The notes: generated by a model from the letters alone, not told the origin. A DNA stretch of 64,000 nucleotides from Chloroflexota bacterium (GCA_037440625.1 JBBITT010000007.1:28257-92256); one strand, 5' to 3'; positions 36,411 through 46,546 are shown, counted from the first letter of the stretch. Program-made: numbers and translations.

Positions 36411-37259
36411 CTACGCGTCAATCAATGATCTCAGTATACGCAGATTCGTTTTGTCTTCGTGCAGATCCTCGCTCTTGGGTGTTTCCAGAATGCCGGGCAA
36501 ATCGTGCCAGCGCGGATCGTTCAAAATATTTTTGAAAGCGGCTTTACCCAATTTCCCCTTGCCAATGTGTTCGTGCCGATCCACGCGCGCGCCCAGATCG
36601 CTCTTGCAATCGTTGAGATGCCACGCCTTGAGGTGTGCAATACCGATCACATCGTCGAAGCGTTTGAACACATCCGCGTACGTTTCGGGCGTGCGCAAGT
36701 CGTAGCCGGCGGCGAACAAATGACACGCGTCCACGCAGAAACCGATGCGCCCTTTTTCTTCGATCAGTTCACGCATCCGCGCCAGTTCCTCAAACGTGTG
36801 TCCCAGATTGGTCCCTTGCCCCGCCGTCTGTTCTAGCAGCGTCATGACGCGCAGGTTGGGCAGTTTGCGATGAATGTGATCGAACGCATCGGCGAGGCGT
36901 TGAATGCCCCAGTCCACGCCTTTGCCCATATGCGAGCCGGGATGCAAGACGAGGTACGGAATACCGAGCCATTCGCACCGTTTCAATTCATCTTCCATTG
37001 CGGCGATGGATTTCTTCCACAATGCCACGTCGGGCGAAGCGAGGTTGATGAGGTACGAGGTGTGCGCGACGACGGGGCGAATCCCGGTTTCGACGAGGGC
37101 GGCGTTGAAACGATCCGCGTCTTCGCGCGTCAGTGGTTTGGCTTTCCACTGATTGTTGTTTTTGGTAAACATTCCAATCGATTCGCAACCAACACTCTGA
37201 CCGCGCAAGACGGCATTCTCCACGCCGCCGGCAATGGACATATGTGCGCCGAGAAACAT
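36411..37259 (-). CDS. nfo: endonuclease IV (AP endonuclease, TIM barrel)
   Basis: ATG 37259 preceded by GGAGG; MFLGAHMSIAGG, AHTSYLINLASP, LEQTAGQGTNLG, VDACHLFAAGYD, HLNDCK motifs. Confidence 0.9.
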   Translation of the reverse strand: MFLGAHMSIAGGVENAVLRGQSVGCESIGMFTKNNNQWKAKPLTREDADRFNAALVETGIRPVVAHTSYLINLASPDVALWKKSIAAMEDELKRCEWLGIPYLVLHPGSHMGKGVDWGIQRLADAFDHIHRKLPNLRVMTLLEQTAGQGTNLGHTFEELARMRELIEEKGRIGFCVDACHLFAAGYDLRTPETYADVFKRFDDVIGIAHLKAWHLNDCKSDLGARVDRHEHIGKGKLGKAAFKNILNDPRWHDLPGILETPKSEDLHEDKTNLRILRSLIDA

Positions 37260-37269
37260 CGCAACCTCC

Positions 37270-38244
37270 TCACAACTCCAACCACGTTCCCACGCCGCGT
37301 TCCATCGCACGCCGGTACACGATGGGTGCGGTTGCCATATCATCCAGCGCGAGACCTAGATTACACGTCATTGTCTTTTCCTTGGCGTTCTCGCGCCCAC
37401 ACTTTTTGCCGGCGACCAACTCACCCACCGTCGCATAAATCGGCGGCGTATCTTGAAAGTAACCGATTGCCCGATAATGTTCGAATTGCGGAAGGTCGTC
37501 TGTGCAAAACTTGGATGCTTCGCGCATCGCCGCGCCATCCCAGTATGAATCGAAATCTACGAGCGACGCGAATGCGCCTTCGGCGAGCCACCCCGCTTTG
37601 ATCGTCGCGTGGGGTTTGCGCAGAATCGGTCCCGCTGTAACGACGAGGTCTAGTCCCTCAACCGCCTCGCGCGGTTGTTGGGCAATCGTTACCTCCACGC
37701 CGAAGCGTTCGCTCATCTCGCGTGCATAGCGTTCTGCCGCATCGGGTAAGGTATCGTACGCAACGACGCGCGTGATCGGGAACAACACCTTCAACGCTTC
37801 GAGATTGCTGCGCCCCTGCACACCGCATCCCAGGATGCCCACCGACTCTGATGCCGGGCGTGCGAGGTATTTTGCCGCCACGGCGGTTGCCGCGCCGGTT
37901 CGCATTGCGGTGATCCACGTGCAATCCATCACCGCGAGCGGGATGCCGGTCTCGACATCGTTGAGAATCATCAAGCCGGTGATGTACGGCAAACCGCGTT
38001 TGTAATTTTCGGGATAGCCGCTCACCCATTTCATCCCCGCCGATTTCAACGCGGGAATGTACGCGGGCATCGCGTGAATGAACGCATCCGGTTGGGTGTG
38101 GATGCCGGGCTTGGGCGGCATTTCTACGTGCCCCTCGCCGTGTTCGCGAAACGCGATTTCAAGCGCGTCAATGATTTCTTTCATCGTCACGCCCACCGAC
38201 TCGACATCGGCACGCGAGAGGTAGAGAAGTGTTGGGCTCGCCAT
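37270..38244 (-). CDS. ornithine cyclodeaminase / mu-crystallin family protein
   Basis: 324 aa; ILGCGVQGRSNLEAL Rossmann motif, TAMRTGAATAVAAKYLA. Confidence 0.8.
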   Translation of the reverse strand: MASPTLLYLSRADVESVGVTMKEIIDALEIAFREHGEGHVEMPPKPGIHTQPDAFIHAMPAYIPALKSAGMKWVSGYPENYKRGLPYITGLMILNDVETGIPLAVMDCTWITAMRTGAATAVAAKYLARPASESVGILGCGVQGRSNLEALKVLFPITRVVAYDTLPDAAERYAREMSERFGVEVTIAQQPREAVEGLDLVVTAGPILRKPHATIKAGWLAEGAFASLVDFDSYWDGAAMREASKFCTDDLPQFEHYRAIGYFQDTPPIYATVGELVAGKKCGRENAKEKTMTCNLGLALDDMATAPIVYRRAMERGVGTWLEL

Positions 38245-38260
38245 GGTTTGTCCCCCAAAA

Positions 38261-38344
38261 GGACGAAAGACCGACGACGGCTGATCGGTGATCGAGTGGT
38301 GATTGCCGGTTGCCGATTGCAGAATCGCCGATCCTTCGTCCTTA
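38261..38344. repeat. heptanucleotide-periodic low-complexity spacer with complementary ends
   Basis: tgatcgg|tgatcga, ttgccgg|ttgccga|ttgcaga; AAGGACGAA (38259-67) pairs with TTCGTCCTT (38335-43). Confidence 0.6.
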
Positions 38345-38346
38345 CG

Positions 38347-39588
38347 TCATCTGTCTTTTATCTTTACACACCACAGTACCACACCCAGCACGAACACAAG
38401 TCCAGCGAATAGCAACGCATTCGTCGCCTCCACGCGCGCATCGAACAAGGAGAGCGTGACGGCGGTGGGCGCGCCGCTGTCCGAGAGCGCCCAGAGCGAG
38501 AAATTGGTCAGTCCCGTCTTTTCGACCCAGTTGTCCGTCGTGTTGTTGTTCGTGCGCGCTTGCAAAGTCCAGCGCCCGCTATCCTGTCGCCACATCTGCA
38601 GATTCGCTTCGGTGATGCCGCTCAGTTCTGAATCGAGATAGTGCAGACGCAGGTCGAAGGTGTAGCCACTGCCGTCTGTTGGCGTGATCACATAGTAGCG
38701 TTGCACCGCGTTTGCCAAGCCGCCCGGCGCGGTTTTGAACAACTCGACCGATACTTCGCTGGGCAACGTTCCCCCCGACCCAAAGGTGATCGTTGTGTAC
38801 GTGCTGCCAAAGGTGTACGCGGTGCCAGATGAAAGCGATGTGCGTTTTGTCTTGCCGATCACATCCGCGCCACCCGCTGTGGCGGAACTAGCCCCCATCG
38901 TTAGGGCGTATCCGCTCGAGACGCGCAGATCGTAATCCAAGGTGAGTGTGCCTTGAATCGTCGCGTTGGAGGTGAGGTTCACACCCGCCGAGTTGTTGAT
39001 CCGCAGATCATAGAACGCGCCACTCCCGGTGCTGCTGATATTTTTGGCGGACGAACCGTTCATCAAGATTTTGCCGTTGTTGTGGTTGAACGTGCCGCTG
39101 TTGGTGAAATTGCCGTTGGTGATCGGGGTCTGATGGCCGGGCGCGTTGAACGTGCCGGAACTCGAGATGTTCAAATCGCCTTGATTAATGAAGACCAATC
39201 CGGAACCGCCGTTGAAGGTGCCATTGACGGTCAGATTGCCAGCGATGGTTAGCTCCCCCTCGAGTTCGAACGTGCCGCCGTTGCTGATGCTCACTCCGCC
39301 GGCGCCCACCTCCAGTGAGAGTGGCATCCACAGCGTGCCGCTCGTACCGCCGCCGACGATGAGTTGGTACGCGTAGCCGGTCGTCAGATCTAGGTCGACA
39401 GTGTGACCGTTGTTGACGATGACAATGTCGGCGCTGGTAGGTACGTGACCACAGCTCCACGTGCCAGCGGTGTGCCAATTGCCATTGCCAGTGCTGACGC
39501 ACACATCGCGCGGTGCCGCGGACGCAGTGGGCGCGCTCAAGCCGAGCACGATAAACAAAAGGACGATCAAAGTAAGTCGAGTTTTCAT
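38347..39588 (-). CDS. secreted repeat protein (beta-helix-like GTFN repeats) with C-terminal membrane anchor
   Basis: 413 aa; signal peptide MKTRLTLIVLLFIVLGLSAPTASA; repeated G(T/N)F(N/T/E) segments; C-terminus TAVTLSLFDARVE + hydrophobic helix + KIKDR. Confidence 0.7.
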   Translation of the reverse strand: MKTRLTLIVLLFIVLGLSAPTASAAPRDVCVSTGNGNWHTAGTWSCGHVPTSADIVIVNNGHTVDLDLTTGYAYQLIVGGGTSGTLWMPLSLEVGAGGVSISNGGTFELEGELTIAGNLTVNGTFNGGSGLVFINQGDLNISSSGTFNAPGHQTPITNGNFTNSGTFNHNNGKILMNGSSAKNISSTGSGAFYDLRINNSAGVNLTSNATIQGTLTLDYDLRVSSGYALTMGASSATAGGADVIGKTKRTSLSSGTAYTFGSTYTTITFGSGGTLPSEVSVELFKTAPGGLANAVQRYYVITPTDGSGYTFDLRLHYLDSELSGITEANLQMWRQDSGRWTLQARTNNNTTDNWVEKTGLTNFSLWALSDSGAPTAVTLSLFDARVEATNALLFAGLVFVLGVVLWCVKIKDR

Positions 39589-39664
39589 TTGTCGCCCCCT
39601 GCAGATTTTAAGTTACAGATTGTCGCTTACAGAAGCGCAAAGCGACAAAACCATCATCATTGGC

Positions 39665-40849
39665 TCATCGAATCACCTCCAATTCCCTTCCCACCCGCGC
39701 AAACACCTCCAACCCGCGATCTAAATCCTCGCGCGAGTGCGCCGCGCTGATCATCACGCGGATACGCGCCTTGCCTTTGGGAACAGTGGGATAACCAATC
39801 GCCATCGCGAAGACGCCATTCTCGAACAGCGCGCGCGAAAATTGTTGCGCGAGCGGAGCTTCACCCAGCATAATTGGTGTGATGGGAGTGGTGCTGACGC
39901 CGGTATCGAAGCCAAGCCGCTTCATCTCGCTCTTGAAATAGCGCGTGTTCTCCCACAACTTGTCCACGAGTTCGGTGGATTTTTCCAACACGTCCACTGC
40001 CGCGAGACAGGCGGCGGTGTCGGCTGCCGTCACCGCGCTCGAAAACAAAAATGGGCGCGCGCGCTGACGAATCCAATCAATGACGATTTTCTTGCCAGCA
40101 ATCACGCCCCCCACCACGCCAAACGCTTTCGAGAGTGTGCCAATTTCCAAATCGAACTTGCCGTGCAAGTTGAAATGATCCACGATGCCGCGCCCCCCAC
40201 GTCCCAGCACGCCTTCGCCGTGCGCGTCATCCACCATCGTGATAACGCCGTACTTTTCGCACACCTCGTACAATTGGTCGAGCGGCGCTACGTCGCCGTC
40301 CATCGAAAAGACCCCATCGGTGATGAGCATCGCGCGCCGATAGTTGCCGACGTTCTCTTTGATGACGCGCTCGGCATCGGCGACATCGCAATGTTCGTAA
40401 ATGATAATTTTCGCGGACGACAAACGACAGCCGTCAATGATGCTCGCGTGGTTCAAGCGATCGGTAAAGATCACATCCTCTTTGCCAACCATCGGTGGAA
40501 TGGCGGCTTGATTGGCGCAAAAACCGGATTGCACATAGAGCGCGTCCTCCACGCCTTTGAACGCGGCAATGCGGCGTTCAAACTCGCGATGCAATTCGAG
40601 CGTGCCGGCGATGCTGCGCACGGCGGCAGGTCCCACGCCCCAATCGTCAATCGCTTTTTTCGCTGCCTCGCGCAGGCGCGGATCGTTCGCGAATCCAAGA
40701 TAGTTGTTCGTGCAAAAATTCAGTACGCGCTTGCCATCCACCATCATCCAAGGTCCGCAGGCAGAGCCAATCGTACGGATGGTGATCTTGAGTCCCTGCT
40801 CTTGCAGCGCGTTCATTTCATCGGAAATCCATTGCAGTTTGTTTGACAT
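39665..40849 (-). CDS. kbl: glycine C-acetyltransferase (2-amino-3-ketobutyrate CoA ligase)
   Basis: ATG 40849 ([20 protein letters not shown]); PLP Lys in GTLSKAFG; adjacent to tdh. Confidence 0.9.
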   Translation of the reverse strand: MSNKLQWISDEMNALQEQGLKITIRTIGSACGPWMMVDGKRVLNFCTNNYLGFANDPRLREAAKKAIDDWGVGPAAVRSIAGTLELHREFERRIAAFKGVEDALYVQSGFCANQAAIPPMVGKEDVIFTDRLNHASIIDGCRLSSAKIIIYEHCDVADAERVIKENVGNYRRAMLITDGVFSMDGDVAPLDQLYEVCEKYGVITMVDDAHGEGVLGRGGRGIVDHFNLHGKFDLEIGTLSKAFGVVGGVIAGKKIVIDWIRQRARPFLFSSAVTAADTAACLAAVDVLEKSTELVDKLWENTRYFKSEMKRLGFDTGVSTTPITPIMLGEAPLAQQFSRALFENGVFAMAIGYPTVPKGKARIRVMISAAHSREDLDRGLEVFARVGRELEVIR

Positions 40850-40918
40850 CCTTTGCCTCACCCGCATCGTATTGCGCATTCCGTTTTACGCAACACGGAT
40901 CACGCCTCACGGCCTTTG

Positions 40919-41947
40919 TCAACTCTCCCAATCCAAAATCACTTTCCCCGCATTCCCCGACCGCATCACCTCGAAGGCTTTTTCAAATTCGGTGTAATGG
41001 AAACGATGCGTGATCACCGGGCTGATGTCAAGTCCGCTTTGTAGCATCGTTTGCATCAAGTACCACGTTTCGAACATTTCGCGTCCGTAGATTCCCTTGA
41101 TCGTCAACATATTAAAGATGACCTTGTTCCAATCAATGGCGATCTCTTGATTGGGAATTCCAAGTAACGCGATTTTGGCGCCGTGACACATATTGTCAAT
41201 CATCTCGCGCAAGGCATCGGGATTGCCGGACATTTCCAAGCCCACGTCGAATCCTTCTTTCATCCCCAGCTCTTTTTGTACCTGCGCGATTCTTTTTTCT
41301 TTGACATTCAACGCCACCGTCGCGCCCATCTTCTTTGCCAGTTCCAGCCGATAGGGGTTGACATCGGTGGTAACGATGTAACGTGCCCCGGCATGCTTGA
41401 CGATGGCGGTCGCCATCATGCCAATGGGTCCCGCGCCGGTGATGAGCACATCTTCGCCTAGCACGTTGAACGAGAGCGCGGTGTGGGTGGCATTGCCGAA
41501 CGGGTCAAAGATCGCCAAGACGTCGAGCGGGATGCGTGGATCAGCGTGCCAAGCATTCGTGGCGGGGATGCAGAGATATTCGGCGAATGCGCCCGTGCGA
41601 TTCACGCCGACGCCTTGGGTGTCCTTGCACAGGTGCCGACGCCCCGCCAGACAATTGCGGCACTTGCCACAAACAATGTGCCCTTCGCCGCACACAATCT
41701 CGCCGATTTGAAAACCTTGCACGTTACTGCCAAACCCAGCAATCGTACCGACAAACTCATGCCCAATTGTCATTGGCACTGGGATGGTTTTTTGGGACCA
41801 CGCATCCCAGTTGTAAATGTGCACATCGGTACCGCAAATGGCGGTCTTATGAATCTTGATCAGCACATCGTTGATGCCCACGTGTGGTTCGGGCACATCT
41901 TCCAACCACAAGCCGGGTCGCGCGAATTTTTTGACGAGTGCTTTCAT
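40919..41947 (-). CDS. tdh: L-threonine 3-dehydrogenase (Zn-dependent)
   Basis: ATG 41947 preceded by AAGGAG; [31 protein letters not shown] structural-Zn motif, ITGAGPIG. Confidence 0.9.
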   Translation of the reverse strand: MKALVKKFARPGLWLEDVPEPHVGINDVLIKIHKTAICGTDVHIYNWDAWSQKTIPVPMTIGHEFVGTIAGFGSNVQGFQIGEIVCGEGHIVCGKCRNCLAGRRHLCKDTQGVGVNRTGAFAEYLCIPATNAWHADPRIPLDVLAIFDPFGNATHTALSFNVLGEDVLITGAGPIGMMATAIVKHAGARYIVTTDVNPYRLELAKKMGATVALNVKEKRIAQVQKELGMKEGFDVGLEMSGNPDALREMIDNMCHGAKIALLGIPNQEIAIDWNKVIFNMLTIKGIYGREMFETWYLMQTMLQSGLDISPVITHRFHYTEFEKAFEVMRSGNAGKVILDWES

Positions 41948-41959
41948 CGTTGCTCCTTT

Positions 41960-41985
41960 GTAGGACAAATTTGGATTTGTCCTAC
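41960..41985. repeat. GTAGG-family hairpin between the hydrolase stop and tdh
   Basis: GTAGGACAAAT-TTGG-ATTTGTCCTAC; same GTAGG/CCTAC ends, different core. Confidence 0.7.
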
Positions 41986-42812
41986 TTGTGTGCTTCCAAC
42001 CACTGCTCCACATCCGCCATCACTTGCGCGTGAAGGATGTCGTTGTGGGTTTCGTGATATGCGCCTTCGTATTCGATTTTGTGCTTGTCGGCGAAAGTGA
42101 TGGCATCGAAAAACGCGCGCGTATTTTCTGGAGGAACCAAGCGATCGGCGGTGCCGAAGAAGAGGAGCAAGGGCACGCGCCATTCGCCGGCGTGCGCCCG
42201 AGTCCATTGTTGCGCGGCAGTGATTTCGGTGCTGAGACGCGGCGTGGCTAAACTGTGTACGAGTGGATCACTGGTGTACGCTTGCACCACGGCTGGGTCG
42301 CGCGAAAGGGTTGTTGCGTCCAACCCGGTACTGAGTGAGAACTTGGGGGCGATCCGTGAGAGCACGCGTGCAAGCGCGATCAGAATCGGCGAGACGCCGG
42401 CTTGACCTAGCAATGGCGCGCTAGCGATCACGCCACGCAAGCCATCGGGATAGTGGAGCGCGTACTCAAGAACGATGAGGCCACCAAGACTGTGCCCCCA
42501 CAAAAAGATCGGGCGCGACGACGTGTAGGTGGTAACCATTTGTACGAACGCATGCACATCCTCGCGATACTCGTTCCACGTGTTGATGTATCCACGTTGT
42601 CCCGGTGAGCGACCATGTCCGCGATGATCAAGGGCGTAAATTGCATAGCCGCGTGGGACAAAGTGTTGAACGACATTCGGATAGCGACCGCTATGTTCGC
42701 CAAAGCCATGCACAATTGCCAGCGCGGCGCGCACCTCACCCTCCGGGCGCCAACATTGATAGAACAATTTGAGATTGCCTGCACCTTGGAATGTGCCTTC
42801 GGAATGTTCCAT
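41982..42812 (-). CDS. alpha/beta hydrolase (lysophospholipase/monoacylglycerol-lipase-like)
   Basis: ATG 42812 preceded by GAGGAGAAGAAACC; [10 protein letters not shown], nucleophile elbow WGHSLGG. Confidence 0.8.
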   Translation of the reverse strand: MEHSEGTFQGAGNLKLFYQCWRPEGEVRAALAIVHGFGEHSGRYPNVVQHFVPRGYAIYALDHRGHGRSPGQRGYINTWNEYREDVHAFVQMVTTYTSSRPIFLWGHSLGGLIVLEYALHYPDGLRGVIASAPLLGQAGVSPILIALARVLSRIAPKFSLSTGLDATTLSRDPAVVQAYTSDPLVHSLATPRLSTEITAAQQWTRAHAGEWRVPLLLFFGTADRLVPPENTRAFFDAITFADKHKIEYEGAYHETHNDILHAQVMADVEQWLEAHK

Positions 42813-42827
42813 GGTTTCTTCTCCTCT

Positions 42828-42862
42828 GATGACGAATGACAAAAGACGAACGATGAACGATG
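42828..42862. repeat. heptanucleotide tandem repeat in the hydrolase leader
   Basis: gatgacg|aatgaca|aaagacg|aacgatg|aacgatg. Confidence 0.65.
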
Positions 42863-42885
42863 ATGTCAACGGGTTAATCTTTTAT

Positions 42886-43659
42886 CTATGAATAGCGGTG
42901 CACAAAGTTCAGAATCGCATCGAACGCTTGCTCTTTGGAAATGTCTTCCAAAACCAAATGACCGCTTTTTTCCAGCCACACTGTCTCGACCTGTTGCGAT
43001 GCAATGCGCCGGGCGTATTCGTCCAGTGAATTTGCCGGAATCGTGCGGTCACCGCGCGATTGGATGAGCAAGACCGGCACCGTAATGTCGCCCAGATCGG
43101 CGTGGAGGTGTGGAAGAAAATCAAAGATCAAATTGGTGGCGGCGCGGGTGGGATACGCCGGGTATTCCGGACGATTGGCGTGAATGCTTTGATCAACCGT
43201 ATCTACATCGCTGGCGCGTTTAGGGGTGGCGGGAATCAAGTTGTAGAGAAAGGGGAAAAATCGAAAGAGTGGAATCAGGGGATTCTCAATCGTAAAGGGT
43301 GCCGAGACCGCGACGACGCCGGCAAGTGGACGATGCGCGGCGAGGTGCAATGCCAACGCGCCCCCCAGCGACAAGCCGATTGGAAAGATGGCATCGCACG
43401 TCTCGCGCAATTGCGCATAAGCGTGCGTCACGCTGGCATACCAATCCGTCCAACGGGTGGGCAAAATGTCGGCGAGTTGCGTGGCGTGGCCCGCGAGTGC
43501 CGGGGCAAGCACGGTATAGCCCTGTTCGGCAAGACGGTTGCCCAGCGCGCGCATTTCGTACGGTGTGCCGGTGAATCCATGAATGAGCAAACAACCGATG
43601 CGATTGCCGGGAAAATAGAAAGGTTCAGCATTGGGCAGATATTTTGACGACGTTGTCAT
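42886..43659 (-). CDS. alpha/beta hydrolase (carboxylesterase-like)
   Basis: 257 aa; LLIHGFTGTPYEM, nucleophile elbow GLSLGG, C-terminal SGHLV. Confidence 0.8.
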   Translation of the reverse strand: MTTSSKYLPNAEPFYFPGNRIGCLLIHGFTGTPYEMRALGNRLAEQGYTVLAPALAGHATQLADILPTRWTDWYASVTHAYAQLRETCDAIFPIGLSLGGALALHLAAHRPLAGVVAVSAPFTIENPLIPLFRFFPFLYNLIPATPKRASDVDTVDQSIHANRPEYPAYPTRAATNLIFDFLPHLHADLGDITVPVLLIQSRGDRTIPANSLDEYARRIASQQVETVWLEKSGHLVLEDISKEQAFDAILNFVHRYS

Positions 43660-43674
43660 CGCCTTGATTATACC

Positions 43675-43712
43675 ACAAAAATTGATAGGGGCGAGGTCCC
43701 CTCGCCCCTATC
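43675..43712 (-). terminator. rho-independent terminator after the PIG-L gene (GTAGG hairpin family)
   Basis: GATAGGGGCGAGG-TCC-CCTCGCCCCTATC (43684-43712); on the minus strand followed by AATTTTTG. Confidence 0.6.
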
Positions 43713-44502
43713 TCAAACCGGCGAACAAATCTTTTTCGTGTTTAGGTCTTTTTCGCAAACGTGATTCAACGAGGGTATAATATTCCGCGTTCCATTGCAT
43801 GTGCGGATTCTCGGTGAGCCAGCGAATGAAATCCAACCCCCCATGGCGTTGGCAATACAAAGCGTTCTTGATGGCTTCATGGTACATCGAAACGTCGAGC
43901 ACGGTGGTGATCTCTTGATCTGGCGCGGCGTGGATGCCGGGAATGCCCCAGCGTTGCACCAAACTTTGCGGTAACAGGCAATAGTACAACTTTTGTGGTA
44001 TGTGCGGAGACAAGCCGTCTTCAAGGTGATGCGTGAATTGGTTGGGATCGCCTGCGGCGTGAAAGGCAACCTGGGTCGCCATGTTGATGATGCGATTGTC
44101 TTCATCGCCAGTCAATCCCTGGGGACCAAACGTAATGATCACCTGGGGGCGCGTCTCGCGAATCCAACGCACCAAGCGTTCCACGATGACATCGAGCGCG
44201 ATGTGTTTCAACTCGCCGCGACGCTGATCAAAGAGACACGCCCGGCGAATGCCGGAGGCGCGGCAAGAACAGACGCGATCGCGTGTCGGTTGTTGCAGGG
44301 TATTGCCTGCTTCGTTCGCGGCATTTGTGCGTGTGGCAGCCACCAACGAGACTTGAATTCCCTCGCTGGCGTACTTGGCGAGCGTGCCGGCCGGACCAAA
44401 TGATTCGTCTTCCGGATGGGCAAAGATGGCGAGCAACGATAGTTTCTCGCCAGTCCAAGTATGTTCGTGTGCCACGAGGGTAGGAGAAGAATGTCGAGCC
44501 AT
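43708..44502 (-). CDS. PIG-L/LmbE-family N-acetylglucosaminyl deacetylase
   Basis: Track ORF runs to 44682; ATG 44502 (MARHSS...) overlaps upstream stop as TAATG; LLAIFAHPEDESFGPAGT (AHPDDE motif), HxDH-like downstream. Confidence 0.8.
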   Translation of the reverse strand: MARHSSPTLVAHEHTWTGEKLSLLAIFAHPEDESFGPAGTLAKYASEGIQVSLVAATRTNAANEAGNTLQQPTRDRVCSCRASGIRRACLFDQRRGELKHIALDVIVERLVRWIRETRPQVIITFGPQGLTGDEDNRIINMATQVAFHAAGDPNQFTHHLEDGLSPHIPQKLYYCLLPQSLVQRWGIPGIHAAPDQEITTVLDVSMYHEAIKNALYCQRHGGLDFIRWLTENPHMQWNAEYYTLVESRLRKRPKHEKDLFAGLR

Positions 44503-44852
44503 TATGCGATTTGCCTCACTTTGGTTTCGCGCTGTGTTTCTCGCAAAGATGCGGCCACCTCTTTTTGCGCCGCGCGGAAACGGGCTAGCAAACTCGCTTC
44601 GCTTTCTTTTGCCAGCGTGGTCAACACAAACCGCGAACAATCGGCGCACCCGTTGCGTTCGCGATAACGTTGCGCTGTGCATGCCACGCAGCCATTCAAG
44701 CGAATCATCATCAAGGCAAATGCCAGGGCATCGGGATGGGTGGATGGCAACGCCGCTACCCGCTCAACGAGTGCGCGCCAACGTGGTCCCCGCAAATCGT
44801 TCAGTTTAGCGACCGCCCAGTGAGCAAACAAGAATTCAATTCGATCGCGCAT
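44502..44852 (-). CDS. hypothetical four-Cys protein translationally coupled to the PIG-L gene
   Basis: ATG 44852 preceded by GAAAGG; MRDRIEFLFAHWAVAKL ... NGCVACTAQRYRERNGCADC; stop TAA shares one nt with downstream ATG. Confidence 0.55.
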   Translation of the reverse strand: MRDRIEFLFAHWAVAKLNDLRGPRWRALVERVAALPSTHPDALAFALMMIRLNGCVACTAQRYRERNGCADCSRFVLTTLAKESEASLLARFRAAQKEVAASLRETQRETKVRQIA

Positions 44853-44943
44853 AGAAAACCTTTCTATCGAAATAATTCTAGCGTGTGCCACTTAAAAAGA
44901 CATAAGGAAATGACTTGACGCATTAAAAAGTCATAAGGACTTG

Positions 44944-44972
44944 TTTACGAATTGGCGCAATTCGGATAAAAT
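44944..44972 (+). promoter_or_regulatory. sigma70-like promoter of the ALDH gene with a palindrome in the spacer
   Basis: TTTACG (44944-49) - 17 nt - TAAAAT (44967-72); spacer contains CGAATTG-GCG-CAATTCG (44948-44964). Confidence 0.45.
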
Positions 44973-45008
44973 AGAAAAGGCGAAATCTTCAACGAGGAGG
45001 TATTTCCA

Positions 45009-46511
45009 ATGTCCGAGTTTAAAAACTTTATCAACGGTCAATGGGTGCCCGCGCGTACGGGCAAAACGTTTGCTAGTTACAACCCCGCCAACGGCGAGTT
45101 GATCGGTCTGGTACCGGCATCGGATGCGCAAGATGTTGCCGATGCGGTGAACGCGGCACAAACCGCGTTTGAAAAATGGCGCAAGTATCCCGCGCCCAAA
45201 CGCGCGGAATTGATCTATCGCGTCTCGGAAATTTTGCGCGCACGCAAACAAGAGATGGGCGAACTGCTCACGCGCGAAATGGGCAAGGTGCTCCCAGAAG
45301 CGTTGGGCGATGTTCAAGAAGCCATTGATATGGCGATGTACATGGCAGGTGAAGGTCGCCGGCTCAATGGCTTGCTGGTTCCCAGCGAGTTGCCCAGCAA
45401 ATGGGCGATGGCAGTGCGCGATCCGCTGGGTGTCGTTGCCGCGATTACGCCGTGGAATTTTCCGATTGCGATCCCGGCGTGGAAAATGTTTCCCGCGCTC
45501 GTTTGCGGCAACACCGTGATCTGGAAACCGGCAAGCGATACGCCGGTGCTGGCGGTCAAGATGATCGAAATTTACGAACAAGCCGGCTTTCCGCCCGGCG
45601 TGGTCAATCTTATCACCGGCGGTGGTGGCGTGGTGGGAGACGCCCTCGTCGCACATCCGGCAGTGCGCTTGATCACGTTCACCGGCTCGACCGAGATTGG
45701 GCGCGATGTGAGCATCAAGGCGGCGCAGAAGCTCAAACGCGTTTCGCTGGAGATGGGTGGCAAGAATGCGATCATCGTGATGGACGATGCCGACCTTGAT
45801 CTGGCGATTGATGGAATTGTGTGGAGCGCGTTCGGCACGACCGGGCAACGGTGTACCGCCTGCAGTCGTTTGATTGTGCATCAGGCGATCAAGAAACCTC
45901 TGATGGATAAACTGGTTGCACGCGTGAGCAAGTTGCGGCTGGGTGATGGCTTACTGCCTACAACCGATGTTGGGCCGGTTATCAACAAAAAAGCGGCACA
46001 GAAAATTCACGAGTACACCGAAATCGCCAAACAAGAAGGTGCCACCGTACTCATCGGCGGTGATTTTGCCACCGAAGGCGATCTTGCCAAAGGTTCGTTC
46101 TACAAGCCCACCATCTTTGATAATGTTACACCCACCATGCGTGTGGCACAAGAAGAAATCTTTGGGCCTTCGCTCTCGGTCTTGACCATCCATTCGTTGG
46201 AAGAAGCGATTGAAGTGAACAATCGAACGAACTTTGGTCTCTCCACCTCGGTGTACACCTCGAACGTGAATCGCGCGTTTGAAGCGATGCGCGATGTAAC
46301 CACCGGGTTGCTCTACATCAATGCCGGCACCATCGGCTCCGAAGTGCAATTGCCGTTTGGCGGCACGCGCGGCACCGGCAACGGCCATCGCGAAGGCGGT
46401 GGACCGGTGGTACTTGACACATTTTGCGAATGGAAGACAATCTATGTGGATTATAGCGGGCGTTTGCAACGCGCGCAAATTGACACTGACGAATTGGTGA
46501 AGAAAATCTAA
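45009..46511 (+). CDS. NAD(P)-dependent aldehyde dehydrogenase
   Basis: 500 aa; RBS GAGGAGG; [29 protein letters not shown] catalytic Cys, EEIFGP. Confidence 0.9.
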   Translation: MSEFKNFINGQWVPARTGKTFASYNPANGELIGLVPASDAQDVADAVNAAQTAFEKWRKYPAPKRAELIYRVSEILRARKQEMGELLTREMGKVLPEALGDVQEAIDMAMYMAGEGRRLNGLLVPSELPSKWAMAVRDPLGVVAAITPWNFPIAIPAWKMFPALVCGNTVIWKPASDTPVLAVKMIEIYEQAGFPPGVVNLITGGGGVVGDALVAHPAVRLITFTGSTEIGRDVSIKAAQKLKRVSLEMGGKNAIIVMDDADLDLAIDGIVWSAFGTTGQRCTACSRLIVHQAIKKPLMDKLVARVSKLRLGDGLLPTTDVGPVINKKAAQKIHEYTEIAKQEGATVLIGGDFATEGDLAKGSFYKPTIFDNVTPTMRVAQEEIFGPSLSVLTIHSLEEAIEVNNRTNFGLSTSVYTSNVNRAFEAMRDVTTGLLYINAGTIGSEVQLPFGGTRGTGNGHREGGGPVVLDTFCEWKTIYVDYSGRLQRAQIDTDELVKKI

Positions 46512-46513
46512 GC

Positions 46514-46539
46514 GTAGGGGCGAGTCTCCTCGCCCCTAC
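46514..46539. repeat. GTAGG-family hairpin between ALDH and the metallophosphoesterase gene
   Basis: GTAGGGGCGAG-TCTC-CTCGCCCCTAC; no T-run. Confidence 0.7.
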
Positions 46540-46546
46540 CAATACT

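Noticed and set aside
39737-40846. 369-aa plus-strand ORF
   Set aside because: Antisense to kbl (PLP enzyme with clear motifs); low-complexity Arg/His-rich translation.
44931-45881. 316-aa minus-strand ORF
   Set aside because: Antisense to the aldehyde dehydrogenase gene; no domain signature.
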